The notes: a model not told the origin generated them from the letters alone. A DNA stretch of 64,000 nt from an uncultured Collinsella sp. (GCA_900548265.1 URKG01000006.1:12052-76051), one strand, 5' to 3'. Counted from the stretch's first letter, positions 10,854-21,233 are shown. A program made the numbers and translations.

Positions 10854-10886
10854 CCACCACAAAGGGGCCAAGCACCTTTGTGGTGG
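10854..10886 (+). repeat. Palindrome family B, copy 1
   Basis: CCACCACAAAG-GGGCCAAGCAC-CTTTGTGGTGG; a related GGGACAGG-loop hairpin lies at about 10800-10828. Confidence 0.9.
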
Positions 10887-11060
10887 TTTTTGCTTTAGTA
10901 GATGTGTGGGACATGCCTTACAATCTACCAAGTAGTTCATGACGGGCGAAAAACGGAGAGAAGGGGCTTGATGCGTCCTTAATGTTTCATGCGGATAGAT
11001 TGATTTGACAGACGGTGGCGAATGCCCGCCGTCCGCATTCGTATGAAACAAGGAGTCTCC

Positions 11061-12347
11061 ATGCTCGCCTCTCTTTTCTTAAAGCCTCAACCATCGCTGT
11101 CCGTGCAGGCCAAGCGCCTGGTGGCGATGCGCTTTCTCATCTACACCGGTTTTCAGACCAGCTACTTTATCGGCGTCATCGGAATGCTCACCTATGCGGA
11201 CGACGCTTCGGTCATGGCGACATCGCTGGCCGTCCTTTTTATGAACGTATTCGTGATCTTGGGATCCTTTGCGGGCGGCGCGGCGCTCGACGCCTGGGGT
11301 CCGTGTCGGCATTTCCGGGCGAGCATCGTCGGCACGCTGACAACCGGCGCGGCGATTATCGCCTTTGGCAGCGCGACCGGCATCGTCCTGCTTGGCGCGG
11401 CGCTCTTGGGCTTTGTGATGGGGTTTGCCCAGCCCATCGCCACATCCTATCCGGCGTATCTCACCGACGACCCCGTCGAGCTCAAAGACATCAACTCCGC
11501 CATAACCATGTTCTCCAACGTGAGCATTATCGTCGGCCCCACACTGGGCGGCTTTGTCGCGGCGGCTGCATCGTCACGCGCGGTGTTCGTGCTCATGATG
11601 ATCTTTACCGTACTGGCGCTCGTCGCCGGTTGGGGCTTTAGGCCGCAAGCAGGTCGTGCCGCCGCGCGCGAAAGCAGTCCCGCGGACAGCAGCGCAACGG
11701 CAAGTACCGCCAGCCAAAGCCCCGACCCCAGCACGTCTTCCCGCGTCACCTTCGCGACCAGCATCAAGACGGTCTTTACCAACAGCGTCCTCGCCCTGCT
11801 GTTCTGCATTATCTTCCTTTCGAACTTTGGCTATGGAGCTTTCGATCCGTTGGAGTCGTTCTTCTACCGCGATGTTCTGCATGTCGGTGTCGAATGGATG
11901 GGCTGGCTCTCGTCGGCCAGCGGTGTGGGCGCGGTGCTGGGCGCCGTGATCGCGCTCCGCGTGCCGTCGCACCTGGTCAACCTTAAGACGCTGCTTATAG
12001 CGCTCATGTCCGTTGGTCTGGGAAGCCTGCTCTACGTGGGAACGCCGTACGTGGGCGTAGCCCTTGTCGGCCAGCTTGCCCTGGGCGTGGCCTGGGGCGT
12101 CGTCAACCCGCTCCACAACACCATCGTGCAAACGACGGCCTCGCTCGAGCAGCTCGGTCGCGTGAACTCGGTCATGGGTTTTGGCAACATCTTCGCTGGC
12201 GTGGCCCCGCTGGCGATTGCCCCGTGGCTGGCGACGACGTTTGGCGTGCAGCAGACGCTCGTTGGTGCGGGCATGGTCGTGACGGCGGTTCCCGCGGCGT
12301 TGCTGCTGTTTGGTCGCTGGCACTTGGATCGTGCCGCAAAGCAGTAA
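11061..12347 (+). CDS. MFS transporter
   Basis: RBS AAGGAG then ATG 11061; two bundles of six hydrophobic helices joined by a Ser/Ala-rich linker; QLGRVNS motif. Confidence 0.88.
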   Translation: MLASLFLKPQPSLSVQAKRLVAMRFLIYTGFQTSYFIGVIGMLTYADDASVMATSLAVLFMNVFVILGSFAGGAALDAWGPCRHFRASIVGTLTTGAAIIAFGSATGIVLLGAALLGFVMGFAQPIATSYPAYLTDDPVELKDINSAITMFSNVSIIVGPTLGGFVAAAASSRAVFVLMMIFTVLALVAGWGFRPQAGRAAARESSPADSSATASTASQSPDPSTSSRVTFATSIKTVFTNSVLALLFCIIFLSNFGYGAFDPLESFFYRDVLHVGVEWMGWLSSASGVGAVLGAVIALRVPSHLVNLKTLLIALMSVGLGSLLYVGTPYVGVALVGQLALGVAWGVVNPLHNTIVQTTASLEQLGRVNSVMGFGNIFAGVAPLAIAPWLATTFGVQQTLVGAGMVVTAVPAALLLFGRWHLDRAAKQ

Positions 12348-12349
12348 AA

Positions 12350-12414
12350 AAACCATCACAACATTCGATGAAAATCGCGATTTTGCCGAAAAACGTCGAA
12401 TGTTGTGATGGTTT
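12350..12414. repeat. Palindrome family A, copy 3 (solo; loop inverted relative to copies 1 and 2)
   Basis: AAACCATCACAACATTCGA..TCGAATGTTGTGATGGTTT. Confidence 0.95.
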
Positions 12415-12445
12415 GCGTTCCGGCCAGGCCACCCTTCGGGTTCGG

Positions 12446-12478
12446 CCACCACAAAGGGGCCAGGCTCCTTTGTGGTGG
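12446..12478 (+). repeat. Palindrome family B, copy 2
   Basis: CCACCACAAAG-GGGCCAGGCTC-CTTTGTGGTGG, followed by TTTTTGCTTT as in copy 1. Confidence 0.9.
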
Positions 12479-12572
12479 TTTTTGCTTTGACAGGCCGCGC
12501 CTGCGCCTTGGTATACCATGTACGCCGTTCACGAATACACCCCACACCGCCGCACAACCCAGAAAGGCCCCC

Positions 12573-13394
12573 ATGGACACCACCTTCAGCCACATCAAAG
12601 CCGTGTTCTGCGATATCGACGGCACGCTGCTCACGAGCCAGCACACGGTGTCCCCGCGCACCGTGGCGGCGATCCGCGCCCTGCGCGAGCGCGGCGTGCT
12701 CTTTGGCCTGTGCACCGGGCGCGACGCCCACGCGACCGAGGCCATGTACGAGCTCTGGGGCATCGAAGACCTGGTGGACGTGCTCGTGGGCTGCGGTGGT
12801 GCCGAGGTCATCGACCGCGCGCACGACATCAACGAGCTGAGCTATCCGCTGCCGGGCGAGACCATCGCGCGCATCTGCGAGCACATGGCGGACCTTCCGG
12901 CAACGCCCGTCTGCCCCCGAGACGGTGTGTTCTACGTGCCCGAGAGCAACGCGTGCGTCGAGCACCTGTCGCGCGTCGACGGCGTGCCCTACCAGGTGGT
13001 CGATTTTGCCGAGTTTTTGCGCGAGCCGCAGCCCAAGGTGATGTTTACCATGGCGCCCGAGGTGATGCCGCAGGTGATTGAGCGGGCGTCGACGTTTGCC
13101 GATAACACCGTTAAGGCGGCGGCTCTGCAAACCACGCAGCGGCTCTACGAGTTCATGGATCCGCGCGTGTCCAAGACGCGCGGCCTTGTGCGCGTGGCGG
13201 AGCTCAACGACATGGAGCTCCAGAACATCTGCGTGTTTGGCGATGCGGACAACGACACCTGCATGGTGGCCGACGCCGGCGTGGGCGTGGCCATGGCAAA
13301 TGGCAGCGACGCCACCCGTGCCGCCGCCGATTTTGTAACCGCCAGCAACGACAAAGACGGCATCGCGATCTTTATCGAGGAGCATCTGCTGTAG
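12573..13394 (+). CDS. Cof-type HAD-IIB hydrolase
   Basis: FCDIDGTLL, CTGR, SK, FGDADND, GVAMANG motifs. Confidence 0.93.
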   Translation: MDTTFSHIKAVFCDIDGTLLTSQHTVSPRTVAAIRALRERGVLFGLCTGRDAHATEAMYELWGIEDLVDVLVGCGGAEVIDRAHDINELSYPLPGETIARICEHMADLPATPVCPRDGVFYVPESNACVEHLSRVDGVPYQVVDFAEFLREPQPKVMFTMAPEVMPQVIERASTFADNTVKAAALQTTQRLYEFMDPRVSKTRGLVRVAELNDMELQNICVFGDADNDTCMVADAGVGVAMANGSDATRAAADFVTASNDKDGIAIFIEEHLL

Positions 13395-13406
13395 CGCCGG
13401 GGGAGA

Positions 13407-13441
13407 ACCACCGCAAAGGGGACAGGCTCCTTTGCGGTGGT
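13407..13441 (+). repeat. Palindrome family B, copy 3
   Basis: ACCACCGCAAAG-GGGACAGGCTC-CTTTGCGGTGGT, with a compensatory G-C change in the arms. Confidence 0.9.
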
Positions 13442-13898
13442 CTCAGGCGATTTGGGCGAATTGATGCCTAAAATCTGCGCGAAAATCCAAATAACGTTGT
13501 CTGAACATTACGCTTCTAACCACCGATGAGCTAAAGATATTCCCATCAATTTGGTAGTCTATTCCTCCCGGTTAATGATCTACCGTTCACGGTCGATTTT
13601 CGACCGTTCACAGGACGCATGCTCTTGAGCAAAATGTTGTGCAAATAAATAAAATGCTATTAAAAAATGATAACTAGCTTAATTACCAGTAGAAATAGAT
13701 ATTTCATAGCGAATAAACGAAGGTAAATCCGAGCAAATGTCAAGAGAATTGAGAATTCGCTACAAAACTATCGGTATTTTTGCTTAGATGTTCAAACAAT
13801 CGTTACAATATGAACTATAAGCGTGCGCAATTACAGATTGCGCAGATACGTTTGATAGTGAAAGAGCAAGATCGCGGTCTCTTGGGGAGGAGACATCG

Positions 13899-16800
13899 AT
13901 GAAAGCGAATTCAGACAATTCTAAGCAGAGTAATAAAGCGACGCGTCGCGTACTGGCAGGCGTTTTGTGCGGAGCCTCCGTTTTGAGCCTGGTGCTGTCG
14001 CTCGTCATGCCTCCGATCTCGCAGGCCATTGCCAACGATGCCCAGACAGTTTCTGCCGAGGAAACTGTGATGGGGGGGGGTTCCTCAAGTGAGTCTACTG
14101 ATGTAGAAAACACCACTAACGGGGATGCCGAAAACCAGAATAGTGACGAGACCGAGGGCGGCGAGTCTGGCGACGATGCCCAGCTTGAGGGACAGTCCGA
14201 GGAAGAGCAGCAGAACGAGGGTGCAACGACTTCGGATGACAAAACCGTTGTCGCGGCTGCGGAAAACGAGCAAACTGGAGCGGCTGCCGAGGGAATTGAT
14301 GAGGCAAGTGAGCTCAAAAATAAACTTGAGAGCGTTGCGGAAAATCAGTCCGGCAGTTTTCAATTGATGAAGGACCTAGACTGCAACGAAGAGATTATTC
14401 TCAATAAGAGTGGTAGCAATATCACCCTTGATCTTAATGGCTTCAAGATAAAGTACTCGAGCAATAATAAGTCGCTTTTCAATGTGAGCAATAGTGCCGA
14501 GTTTACAATCACGGATTCTCGTCCGGGTGATGATAATATCGCTGGCTCTCAGCCGCTGCAGGATCAAGACCACAATCTGATAGCTGATAATTGTGGCAAG
14601 ACGGCAAAAATGCTCTATGAAAAAGACGTTCCGACTGAGCTTACCTATTACGTGACTAAATCCAGCGTGGATACTAAGGACAGCACTCGTACAAACGAGA
14701 CCACCTACGAGCACAAGGTCACCATTAAAGGTGCCATCGTGGCGTGCAGCAGCAGCAAAGTGAATCTCATCAAGCTTAACGGTGGTACGTTTAACCTTCA
14801 GGGTGGCGTGCTTACTCAAAAGAACAATTGCAACGTTGATGGCCTTATCTATGCCCAGAACGGCTCTGTCAACATGAGTGGCGGATACGTTTGTGGCGCT
14901 TCTATGGGCCGCGATGGTGCTGGTGCTGGAATTCATGTCGATGGCTCAACCCTGGTGATCTCTGGCGGCGTAATCGCTGGTAACTATGCCCCCAGTGGCG
15001 GCGGCGTTTATGCCATGAATTCTACGGTAAACATGGTTGGCGGTATTATCTCCGGTAACGGTACAAATAGTTATCAAAGAGGTTATGGCGCGGGAATTTG
15101 TGCTGTGGACTCTATGGTGACCATTACGAATGGACACATCACCAATAACAAATATCAGTTCTACCAGGACACTGAGAGTGACTGGGGGCATCTCGGTTTC
15201 GGTTGTCACGGTGGTGGCGGCATTGCTGCCTTTAGCTCCACTCAAGGACAGAAAAAAGGCGGTCTGGTTATTAGCGGCGGCTACATCACGGGCAACTACT
15301 CTGCCGAGGCTGGCGGCGGCGTTTATGCTGGCGCTTGGAATCAAGCTCTTTCCGAGTTTACGTTTTCTGGTGGAATCATCGCCAGCAATGTGGCGCAAAA
15401 CTCAGAGGGTGGCGGCATCCGTATCGCTGCGCCTACAGTTGGCGTATTTAATGTGAGCGACACGAAAGCCTACATCACTAACAATACGACCAATACCACC
15501 AACGACTGGGGCGGCGGCGGTGTGTTCGTCCAGGGCAGCAGCGTCAACAACGTTAAGCCGGCAGGCCTCGAGATAAATAACGCGCTGATTACCAACAATC
15601 ATGCCAATGGCTTTGGCGGCGGGTTTGCCGCTTGCCCGACTGGTAAGACTGCCATTACCGATACCAATGGCATCGCGATTTTCGGTAATTCTGACGGTAA
15701 ATCTGACGGTAATGGTTATAACCGATCGGGCGGCACCAACGGCAAGAACGATGACGCGGATAAACTCCCTGACGGCGGAGGCGGCGAAATAACTGAAGAC
15801 TTTAAAAATGCCGGTCACCAGGATCTTTTTCTTATTCGCGATAGTACTAACCCTGAATCGCTGCCGTATATCGCTGCCGTAACAGGTCAGATGCTTGGTG
15901 GCGGAGCTGCCAAATGGACGGGCACGATCGACGGTAAGCCTAAGACCATCAGCAAGTATGACGGAGCCCAAGCCAAGTACATGATTGGCCTAAGGTCCGA
16001 CTCGTTCGTTGATGATCAAAATGTCGCTATAGGGCTGGCTTCGTTATATATCACAGGCAACAAATCCAACATCCACGGTGGCGGAATCATGACCAACGGC
16101 GACGTTGTCGCCGGCTCCACCACGGAAGTGAAGGTTTACCCCAAGATGAAGCTCAACGGCACCAAGGAACTGACGGGCCGCGCGCTTGATGCGGGAGAAT
16201 TCAAGTTCCAGCTCTTGAAGCCGGGCAAGGGTGGTAAGGCCCCTAGCTTTAATGATGGCAAATTGCAGCTCAATGACTGCTCGGTGGTCGATACGGTGGA
16301 AAACGATAAGAAAGGATATTTCACCTTTGATCTGGGCGAAGTTTATGCCGATGACGCTCTTGTTTACTACTTGGTAGAGGTTCCGGGCACGGACAAGGAC
16401 AAGGGCGTGGCTTACGACGAGACTATCTACAAAATAGATCCTACGGTTGTGGAGGATGCGGGCAAGTCGCACGACGTGCTTGGCATTGAATACAAGTATT
16501 ACAAAGTCGAGAGCGTTTCAGTAACAAGGGTGGAAAATGACGGCGCTGGCGCAAGAACGCCAGAAACAGAATCGGCAGCCATCGCAGCGGCTGAGGGCGA
16601 AAACGCTGCCACCATTAAGCTTACCAAGGGTGCAACCTTCACCAACACGTACACCTCCAGCGGCTCTTGGACGCCTCAGGTGACCAAGAAGGTCGACGGC
16701 GGCGAGATGAAGAAGTTTAAGTTCGAGCTGTATACCGAGGATGGCAACGGGAAAAAGGTGCTTGATAAAAAGTGGACCACTGATGACTCGAACAGCTCGC

Positions 16801-17213
16801 AGACGGTGAAGTTCGACGATCAGAAACTCGAAGTCAGCGACTTCAACGACGGCAAAGCAACGTTCACCTACTACATCCGTGAATGCGACGCCAGCAAGGT
16901 CGATGGCACCAAACACGAAGGCTACAAGAACGACACCAAGAGGTTCAAGGTCGTGGTGACGGCAACGGACAACGGTGACGGCACGCTGAAATGCACGCCG
17001 GCCTACTACGAGGTCGACGCCAACGGTAATGAGAGCGAGAAACCGACCGATGACCCCACCTTCACCAACACCTACTCCACCTCTTTGCCCCTTTCTGGTA
17101 TGTCGGGCGTCACTCTGACGTACCTTGCCGGCGCGGCGGTGCTTTGCGCTGCTGCGGCCTGGATGCACATTCGTCGGAAGGCGAATGCGAAGGGAGGTAA
17201 GCGTCGTGAATAA
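13899..17213 (+). CDS. Large sortase-anchored surface protein, probable pilus tip adhesin
   Basis: Signal peptide, acidic linker, Gly-rich GGG(V/I)Y repeats (beta-helix-like), two Spy0128/FctA-like domains ending FTNTY, LPLSG + membrane segment + basic tail. Confidence 0.85.
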   Translation: MKANSDNSKQSNKATRRVLAGVLCGASVLSLVLSLVMPPISQAIANDAQTVSAEETVMGGGSSSESTDVENTTNGDAENQNSDETEGGESGDDAQLEGQSEEEQQNEGATTSDDKTVVAAAENEQTGAAAEGIDEASELKNKLESVAENQSGSFQLMKDLDCNEEIILNKSGSNITLDLNGFKIKYSSNNKSLFNVSNSAEFTITDSRPGDDNIAGSQPLQDQDHNLIADNCGKTAKMLYEKDVPTELTYYVTKSSVDTKDSTRTNETTYEHKVTIKGAIVACSSSKVNLIKLNGGTFNLQGGVLTQKNNCNVDGLIYAQNGSVNMSGGYVCGASMGRDGAGAGIHVDGSTLVISGGVIAGNYAPSGGGVYAMNSTVNMVGGIISGNGTNSYQRGYGAGICAVDSMVTITNGHITNNKYQFYQDTESDWGHLGFGCHGGGGIAAFSSTQGQKKGGLVISGGYITGNYSAEAGGGVYAGAWNQALSEFTFSGGIIASNVAQNSEGGGIRIAAPTVGVFNVSDTKAYITNNTTNTTNDWGGGGVFVQGSSVNNVKPAGLEINNALITNNHANGFGGGFAACPTGKTAITDTNGIAIFGNSDGKSDGNGYNRSGGTNGKNDDADKLPDGGGGEITEDFKNAGHQDLFLIRDSTNPESLPYIAAVTGQMLGGGAAKWTGTIDGKPKTISKYDGAQAKYMIGLRSDSFVDDQNVAIGLASLYITGNKSNIHGGGIMTNGDVVAGSTTEVKVYPKMKLNGTKELTGRALDAGEFKFQLLKPGKGGKAPSFNDGKLQLNDCSVVDTVENDKKGYFTFDLGEVYADDALVYYLVEVPGTDKDKGVAYDETIYKIDPTVVEDAGKSHDVLGIEYKYYKVESVSVTRVENDGAGARTPETESAAIAAAEGENAATIKLTKGATFTNTYTSSGSWTPQVTKKVDGGEMKKFKFELYTEDGNGKKVLDKKWTTDDSNSSQTVKFDDQKLEVSDFNDGKATFTYYIRECDASKVDGTKHEGYKNDTKRFKVVVTATDNGDGTLKCTPAYYEVDANGNESEKPTDDPTFTNTYSTSLPLSGMSGVTLTYLAGAAVLCAAAAWMHIRRKANAKGGKRRE
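14072..14080 (+). repeat. Homopolymeric G9 tract in the 5' part of the adhesin gene
   Basis: ATG GGG GGG GGT; currently in frame. Confidence 0.9.
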
Positions 17214-18876
17214 GAAAGTTTGCTCCTTCCCGATCTTGTTTGCGCTGCTTGCCCTCCTGATCGGCACCTGCGCGGTTGTGTTCCCCGCTTCCGCGCAGGC
17301 CGCGCCGACCTCGACCGGTTCCATCACGGTGAGCGGCACCGTGGCGCGCAGCTACGACGCCTACCAGATCTTTAGCGCCAACGTCGTCGACGGCGACAAC
17401 GACGCCAAGATCGCCACCGACCTCGCTTGGGCAAGCGACGCCGCGCGCGACGCCGCGCTGCCAGTGCTGCACAGCGCCGGCATGCCCAATTCCCAGGCCA
17501 CCGCGCAGGAAGCTGCCGAGTGGCTCAACACCGATTCCCACCTTACGAGCGCGCTGAGCGCACAGCTCGCTCGTTCCCTCCAGAGCTCTGGCGCCAAGCC
17601 TGTGGCCCTTAACGCGGGCACGGCGGCCGAGCTGCCCTGCGGCTACTGGCTCATCGTCGCCAAAGACGACGCCATCGCCCAAGGCGAGGCCGGCACCGCG
17701 CCGATCATGGCCCTGGTGGGCGGCAGCGCCGTCACCGTCAAGCCCAAGGCGGCGACGCCCAAGGTATCCAAGCATGTGCTGGAGGACGGCACCGCCGCCT
17801 GGGGCAAGGCCGCCGACGCCACGGTCGGCGACGACCTGTACTGGCGCCTCTCTGCCACGGTCCCGGCGGGGCTCACCGCCTACGACACCTATACGGTGCG
17901 GTTCGTCGACACCATGAGCGCGGGGCTCGACCCCTCCAAGGTGGCCGCGAGCATGCGCGTGTACGTGGCGGCGGGCGCAGACGGCGGCTTTGACGCGGTC
18001 CAGACCGGCAAGGACGGCCGCGTCGGCACCGAGCCCGCGAAGGGCTGGACCGACATCACGGCCCAGTGCGCCACCAAGGTAGCGGTCGACGGCAAGACCT
18101 TCACCGTGCGCACCGGCGACTTGGTCGCCGCGCTCGGCGGGGCCGACGCCTTTACCGCGGGCGCCCGCGTGGTCGCCGTGTACAACGCGCCGCTCAACAG
18201 CGCATGCAACCACGGCATCGCGAAGGGCAACCCCAACGAGGTCTACCTGCGCTACCCGCGCTCTCCCTTTGCCGATCAGTCCGGCGACGCCGGCTTCACC
18301 CACACGCCGAGCGACGATGCGTGCGCCTACACCTGGGATCTCGCGCTCACCAAGCGCGGCAGCGACGGCGACAAGCCGCTTGCCGGGGCGGTTCTGAGCA
18401 TCGCCGACGACCGCGGTCGCACACTGGCGGCCGACGGCACGTGGGATGCGGAGGGCAAGGCCACCGTCACCACGGGCGAGGACGGCCGCGTGACCGTCTC
18501 AGGCGTGGACTCGGGCAAGCTGGAGGTCCGCGAGCTCAAGGCGCCCAAGGGCTACACCGCCTTTGAGGGCACGTGCTCCGTGACGGTCAAGGCCGAGGGC
18601 CTGGACGTCGACCAGGTGGCCGCCGCCAAGCCCAAGCTCACCATCACGGCCGAGTCGCCCCTGCGCGCCGACAGCGCGGACGGGTCGACGGGCAGCCTGG
18701 AGGCGTCGCTCATCAACACGCCTACCGGCACACCCCCTAGCATTACCACCGGAGGCTTTATGCCCTCGACTGGCGATATGGCAATGTACGCCGCGGCCGC
18801 CGCAGCGGTCGCCGGAGCCGCGCTCATCGTGGTCGCGCTCCTGGTCAAGCGGGGAGGTGGCAGCCATAAAGAGTAG
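17206..18876 (+). CDS. Pilin subunit (isopeptide-forming, SpaH/EbpB-like)
   Basis: GTG overlapping the upstream stop with RBS GGAGG; signal peptide, E-box-like VRELKAPKGY, MPSTG sorting motif + membrane segment + KR. Confidence 0.85.
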   Translation: MNKKVCSFPILFALLALLIGTCAVVFPASAQAAPTSTGSITVSGTVARSYDAYQIFSANVVDGDNDAKIATDLAWASDAARDAALPVLHSAGMPNSQATAQEAAEWLNTDSHLTSALSAQLARSLQSSGAKPVALNAGTAAELPCGYWLIVAKDDAIAQGEAGTAPIMALVGGSAVTVKPKAATPKVSKHVLEDGTAAWGKAADATVGDDLYWRLSATVPAGLTAYDTYTVRFVDTMSAGLDPSKVAASMRVYVAAGADGGFDAVQTGKDGRVGTEPAKGWTDITAQCATKVAVDGKTFTVRTGDLVAALGGADAFTAGARVVAVYNAPLNSACNHGIAKGNPNEVYLRYPRSPFADQSGDAGFTHTPSDDACAYTWDLALTKRGSDGDKPLAGAVLSIADDRGRTLAADGTWDAEGKATVTTGEDGRVTVSGVDSGKLEVRELKAPKGYTAFEGTCSVTVKAEGLDVDQVAAAKPKLTITAESPLRADSADGSTGSLEASLINTPTGTPPSITTGGFMPSTGDMAMYAAAAAAVAGAALIVVALLVKRGGGSHKE

Positions 18877-18984
18877 CTGGCAGCCCCGCAGAGAGCGGGG
18901 CGAGACGTAGCGAAGTAGATGCTAAGACACAGACAGATGATGATCGATCGAATGAGAACCAACCGGAAAACGGAGGAAAAGAAG

Positions 18985-20739
18985 ATGAGCATGAGCAAGA
19001 ACATCGCACGACTGGCAGTAACCGCCGGCCTCACAGCAGCGCTGAGCTTCGGCGGCGTGATGGCCCCGGTGACCATGGCGTTTGCTGAGGATGGTGCGAC
19101 GGGCAGCATCACGATCAATAAGGTCGACGACGCCAACAAGGACAATACGTTCAAGGCTTATCAGATCTTCAAGGCCAAGGTTATTGACGCCCAGGACGGC
19201 AGCGGCAAGATTGCTTCTGACGTTAAGTGGGCAGTGGACGATCAGGCCCAAAAGGACATTATTACGGCTATTAGGGGTAGCAAAGACTATTCGGATTCTA
19301 AAAGCCAGTTGCCAACAGAGGATCCCATAACTGCCCAAGATGTGGCAGATTGGCTTTCCGCAAATGTTACGACTACTACTGCCAGCGCGAATGGTGCCAA
19401 GGGGACGCGAGTCGCTCCTGGCGACGTACTGTACTCGATTGCTAAAGCTGTGATTAATAACGAGACCGCTGTCGGCAATTCTATCAAGGCAGGCGATTCG
19501 TGGACGTGTTCGAACGATGGCTACTACCTCTTCGTATCTGACGGTCTTACGAATACGACCAAGCCGAACACTGGCACCTCCCCGATTTTCGCTATCGTGG
19601 GTGGTAACCCCGTGACGGTTACCGAGAAGACCAACATCCCCACGGTCGACAAGCAAATTCTCAAAGACAGCACGAACAAGACCGCTGATCCCGCGTCCAA
19701 TGATTGGGCTAACTTTGGCGATTCCCAGATTGGCCAGGACATCGACTACAAGCTGACCGGTACTGTTGCGGACAATATTGCTTCCTATACCAAGTACACG
19801 TACGAGTTCCAGGATACACTGAGCAAGGGCCTTGCCGTTAATAAGAAGGAGGCGAACAACACCAGCCCCGAGGACCTCCACGTCTATATCGTCAACACCA
19901 ACACCAATACCACGACTGAGGTTAAGGAGGGCTTCAAGGCTACTGTGACGCCGGCAGCCGATACGCAGAAGAATAGCGAGCTCCTCAAGGTTTCCTTCGA
20001 GGATCTTAAGGCTGTCAAGGATGCCAACGGCACCATCGCTGTCGACAAGGACTCTAAAGTCGTTGTGACCTACAAAGCTCGTCTCACCAGCGAAGCTAGC
20101 TACGAGGTCGATGGTAACCTCAACACCGTCAAGCTTGTCTACTCCAACAACCCCATGGGAGAGGGTACTGGCACCTCCACCGAGAAGACCGTAGCCGACT
20201 ACGCTTTCGCCCTCGATGTCACCAAGGTCGACCAGAATGATCCGAAGAAGATGTTGGGAGCCGGCTTCAAAGTCCAGGTTCTTGAGAATGCGGACAATAA
20301 TTTGGTCGGTAAGTGGCTTTCTGCGGACGGCAGCCTTGTTAATGTGGCAAGTGCGTATGAGTTCAAAACTGACAAAACTACGGGCGAGGTTAAGATTCCG
20401 GGTCTCGATGCTGGTACGTACCAAATCACTGAGACCACTACTCCAGCAGGCTATAACACCATTGCCCCGTTTACCATTAGTGTTGCTCCCAATTACGATT
20501 CAAATGGAAAACTTGCGGGTCTGCAGGCTACCGTCAAAGATTCCGGCATGGTTAAAGCGGGTAAAGCCACTGCCGCTACCATTCCTGTCACCATCCAGAA
20601 CAAGAAGGGTTCCGGCCTCCCCCTCACCGGTCTTAACGGCGTGACCTTCACTTGGATTGCTGGTGGCGCGGTGCTGTGCATCGGCGTGGCGCACCTCATC
20701 CGCAGCCGTAAGCAGGCTGAGGAGTCCGAGCAGGAGTAA
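18985..20739 (+). CDS. Major (backbone) pilin
   Basis: Signal peptide, PTVDKQI, YSNNP, E-box YQITETTTPAGY, NKKGSGLPLTG + membrane segment + RSRK. Confidence 0.88.
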   Translation: MSMSKNIARLAVTAGLTAALSFGGVMAPVTMAFAEDGATGSITINKVDDANKDNTFKAYQIFKAKVIDAQDGSGKIASDVKWAVDDQAQKDIITAIRGSKDYSDSKSQLPTEDPITAQDVADWLSANVTTTTASANGAKGTRVAPGDVLYSIAKAVINNETAVGNSIKAGDSWTCSNDGYYLFVSDGLTNTTKPNTGTSPIFAIVGGNPVTVTEKTNIPTVDKQILKDSTNKTADPASNDWANFGDSQIGQDIDYKLTGTVADNIASYTKYTYEFQDTLSKGLAVNKKEANNTSPEDLHVYIVNTNTNTTTEVKEGFKATVTPAADTQKNSELLKVSFEDLKAVKDANGTIAVDKDSKVVVTYKARLTSEASYEVDGNLNTVKLVYSNNPMGEGTGTSTEKTVADYAFALDVTKVDQNDPKKMLGAGFKVQVLENADNNLVGKWLSADGSLVNVASAYEFKTDKTTGEVKIPGLDAGTYQITETTTPAGYNTIAPFTISVAPNYDSNGKLAGLQATVKDSGMVKAGKATAATIPVTIQNKKGSGLPLTGLNGVTFTWIAGGAVLCIGVAHLIRSRKQAEESEQE

Positions 20740-20839
20740 CGCTCACTCACCCATCTCTTTGGCAGGTGGGATGTGATGGCCATGAGACTTGCGGACACTT
20801 TTCTCGTCCATCTACGTTCTTGCTTTGCCATTCTCTTTT

Positions 20840-20878
20840 CGGGGCAGACTCCGCGCTGGAGTTTGCCCCGTTTTTTTT
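20840..20878 (+). terminator. Intrinsic terminator after the pilin genes
   Basis: CGGGGCAGACTCC-GCGCT-GGAGTTTGCCCCG followed by a T run. Confidence 0.8.
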
Positions 20879-20911
20879 GGGATAACGTAGCCAGCCTCCA
20901 CCGTCCGATGC

Positions 20912-21169
20912 GGGCACGTTCGTCATCGCGTTTCTTGACTCGTATGAGGTTCGGTTTAAGGTCCGTAGGCGCACGCGCGGTGCGGACGGTAGAAGGCATT
21001 TGCGCCGCAACAAGCGCAAATAAGAATGCCCGGGGTTAGAGGCCCGGGCATTTAACAACACCGGAAACTGGTCGCCCGCGCTCCAAAGTACTTACGCGGG
21101 GTGCGTCGTTTCCTGTAGCTATTGTATCCCGAATCGCCCCGCCGATCCGGGACATTTTGAAAACGCAAA
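20912..21169 (+). repeat. Direct repeat copy 1 (~260 bp): 5'-truncated copy of the small toxin-like gene and its 3' region
   Basis: Nearly identical to 21393-21652 but lacks the RBS and first ~13 codons. Confidence 0.92.
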
Positions 21170-21233
21170 CACGTCGGGCAAACCCGGACAATGCGGCCAG
21201 GCTCCTCTGGACGGGGAACCGTGTGTGTAACTA

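Noticed and set aside
13442..13898. Invertible promoter or riboswitch upstream of the pilus operon
   Set aside because: AT-rich with a short ACCGTTCAC direct repeat and small hairpins, but no long flanking inverted repeats, no recombinase and no riboswitch consensus.
20773..21039. 88-aa ORF, and the 5' extension of the 21157-21504 ORF
   Set aside because: The first crosses a terminator and is out of frame with the peptide remnant. The second has a clear RBS only before ATG 21352.
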